Shown here piece after piece: positions 61,371 to 61,582 of a stretch of DNA of 61,582 nt. The stretch is from Girardia tigrina. Lineage: Eukaryota. The translations under genes and the position numbers were made by a program. Position 1 is the stretch's first letter, and every line of letters begins with the position of its first letter. Under the pieces are notes generated by a model, which was not told the DNA's origin, did not search any database, and saw only the letters and a program-made list of their open reading frames with translations. Location: the NCBI GenBank assembly GCA_001938485.1, contig MQRK01238663.1, positions 8,001 through 69,582 of the forward strand, in the 5' to 3' direction.

Positions 61371-61582
61371 GTTTCGCGATAAAAAGAAATATTTTAAATT
61401 CAATTTTCCTATTGGTAATCAACCCTCCTACCGAAGACTTCTGAAAGCCAATATAGTTGTGGAAAACTGCTCTGTGTTGGTCTGTTTTCATCTCATACAT
61501 TATCAGTATGGTTTGCTGCAGTCTCTTTAATGCATTCTATTAATAACAACGTACACCTAAAAGAAGAAATGCTAAAAGTGCA

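Noticed and set aside
1-61582. CRISPR array, rRNA, tRNA or prokaryotic operon
   Set aside because: No repeat-spacer periodicity or structural RNA signatures; the sequence is spliceosomal eukaryotic DNA

Overview
This is AT-rich, intron-containing animal genomic DNA; the composition and repeat spectrum are compatible with a planarian or similar invertebrate, but that is only inference. The main gene is the 3' part of a single-headed inner-arm axonemal dynein heavy chain (DNAH3/7/12 family, closest to DNAH12) on the + strand. I traced 16 exon positions from 3147 to the TGA stop at 39058 with consistent GT-AG sites and phases. Introns are either tiny (46-56 nt) or multi-kb and transposon-filled. 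The best finding is invisible in the ORF track: one exon of the AAA5-lid region exists as two tandem, equal-length (141 nt), same-phase, intact paralogues (15550-15690 and 15911-16051), a candidate mutually exclusive exon pair. It is followed by a candidate 8-nt microexon (16188-16195) that keeps frame only if the next exon uses an AG exactly 8 nt further downstream. The rest is a dense set of decayed transposons: many mariner, Tc1 and pogo elements, MITEs, a hAT, Gypsy fragments, an RTE-like LINE with a 5' inversion, a NeSL/R2-type element nested in a TIR element, and a Penelope-like 3' end with a minimal hammerhead ribozyme. There is also a chimeric Sec22 SNARE-derived ORF and a few orphan exon-like ORFs. 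No CRISPR, rRNA or tRNA was seen.
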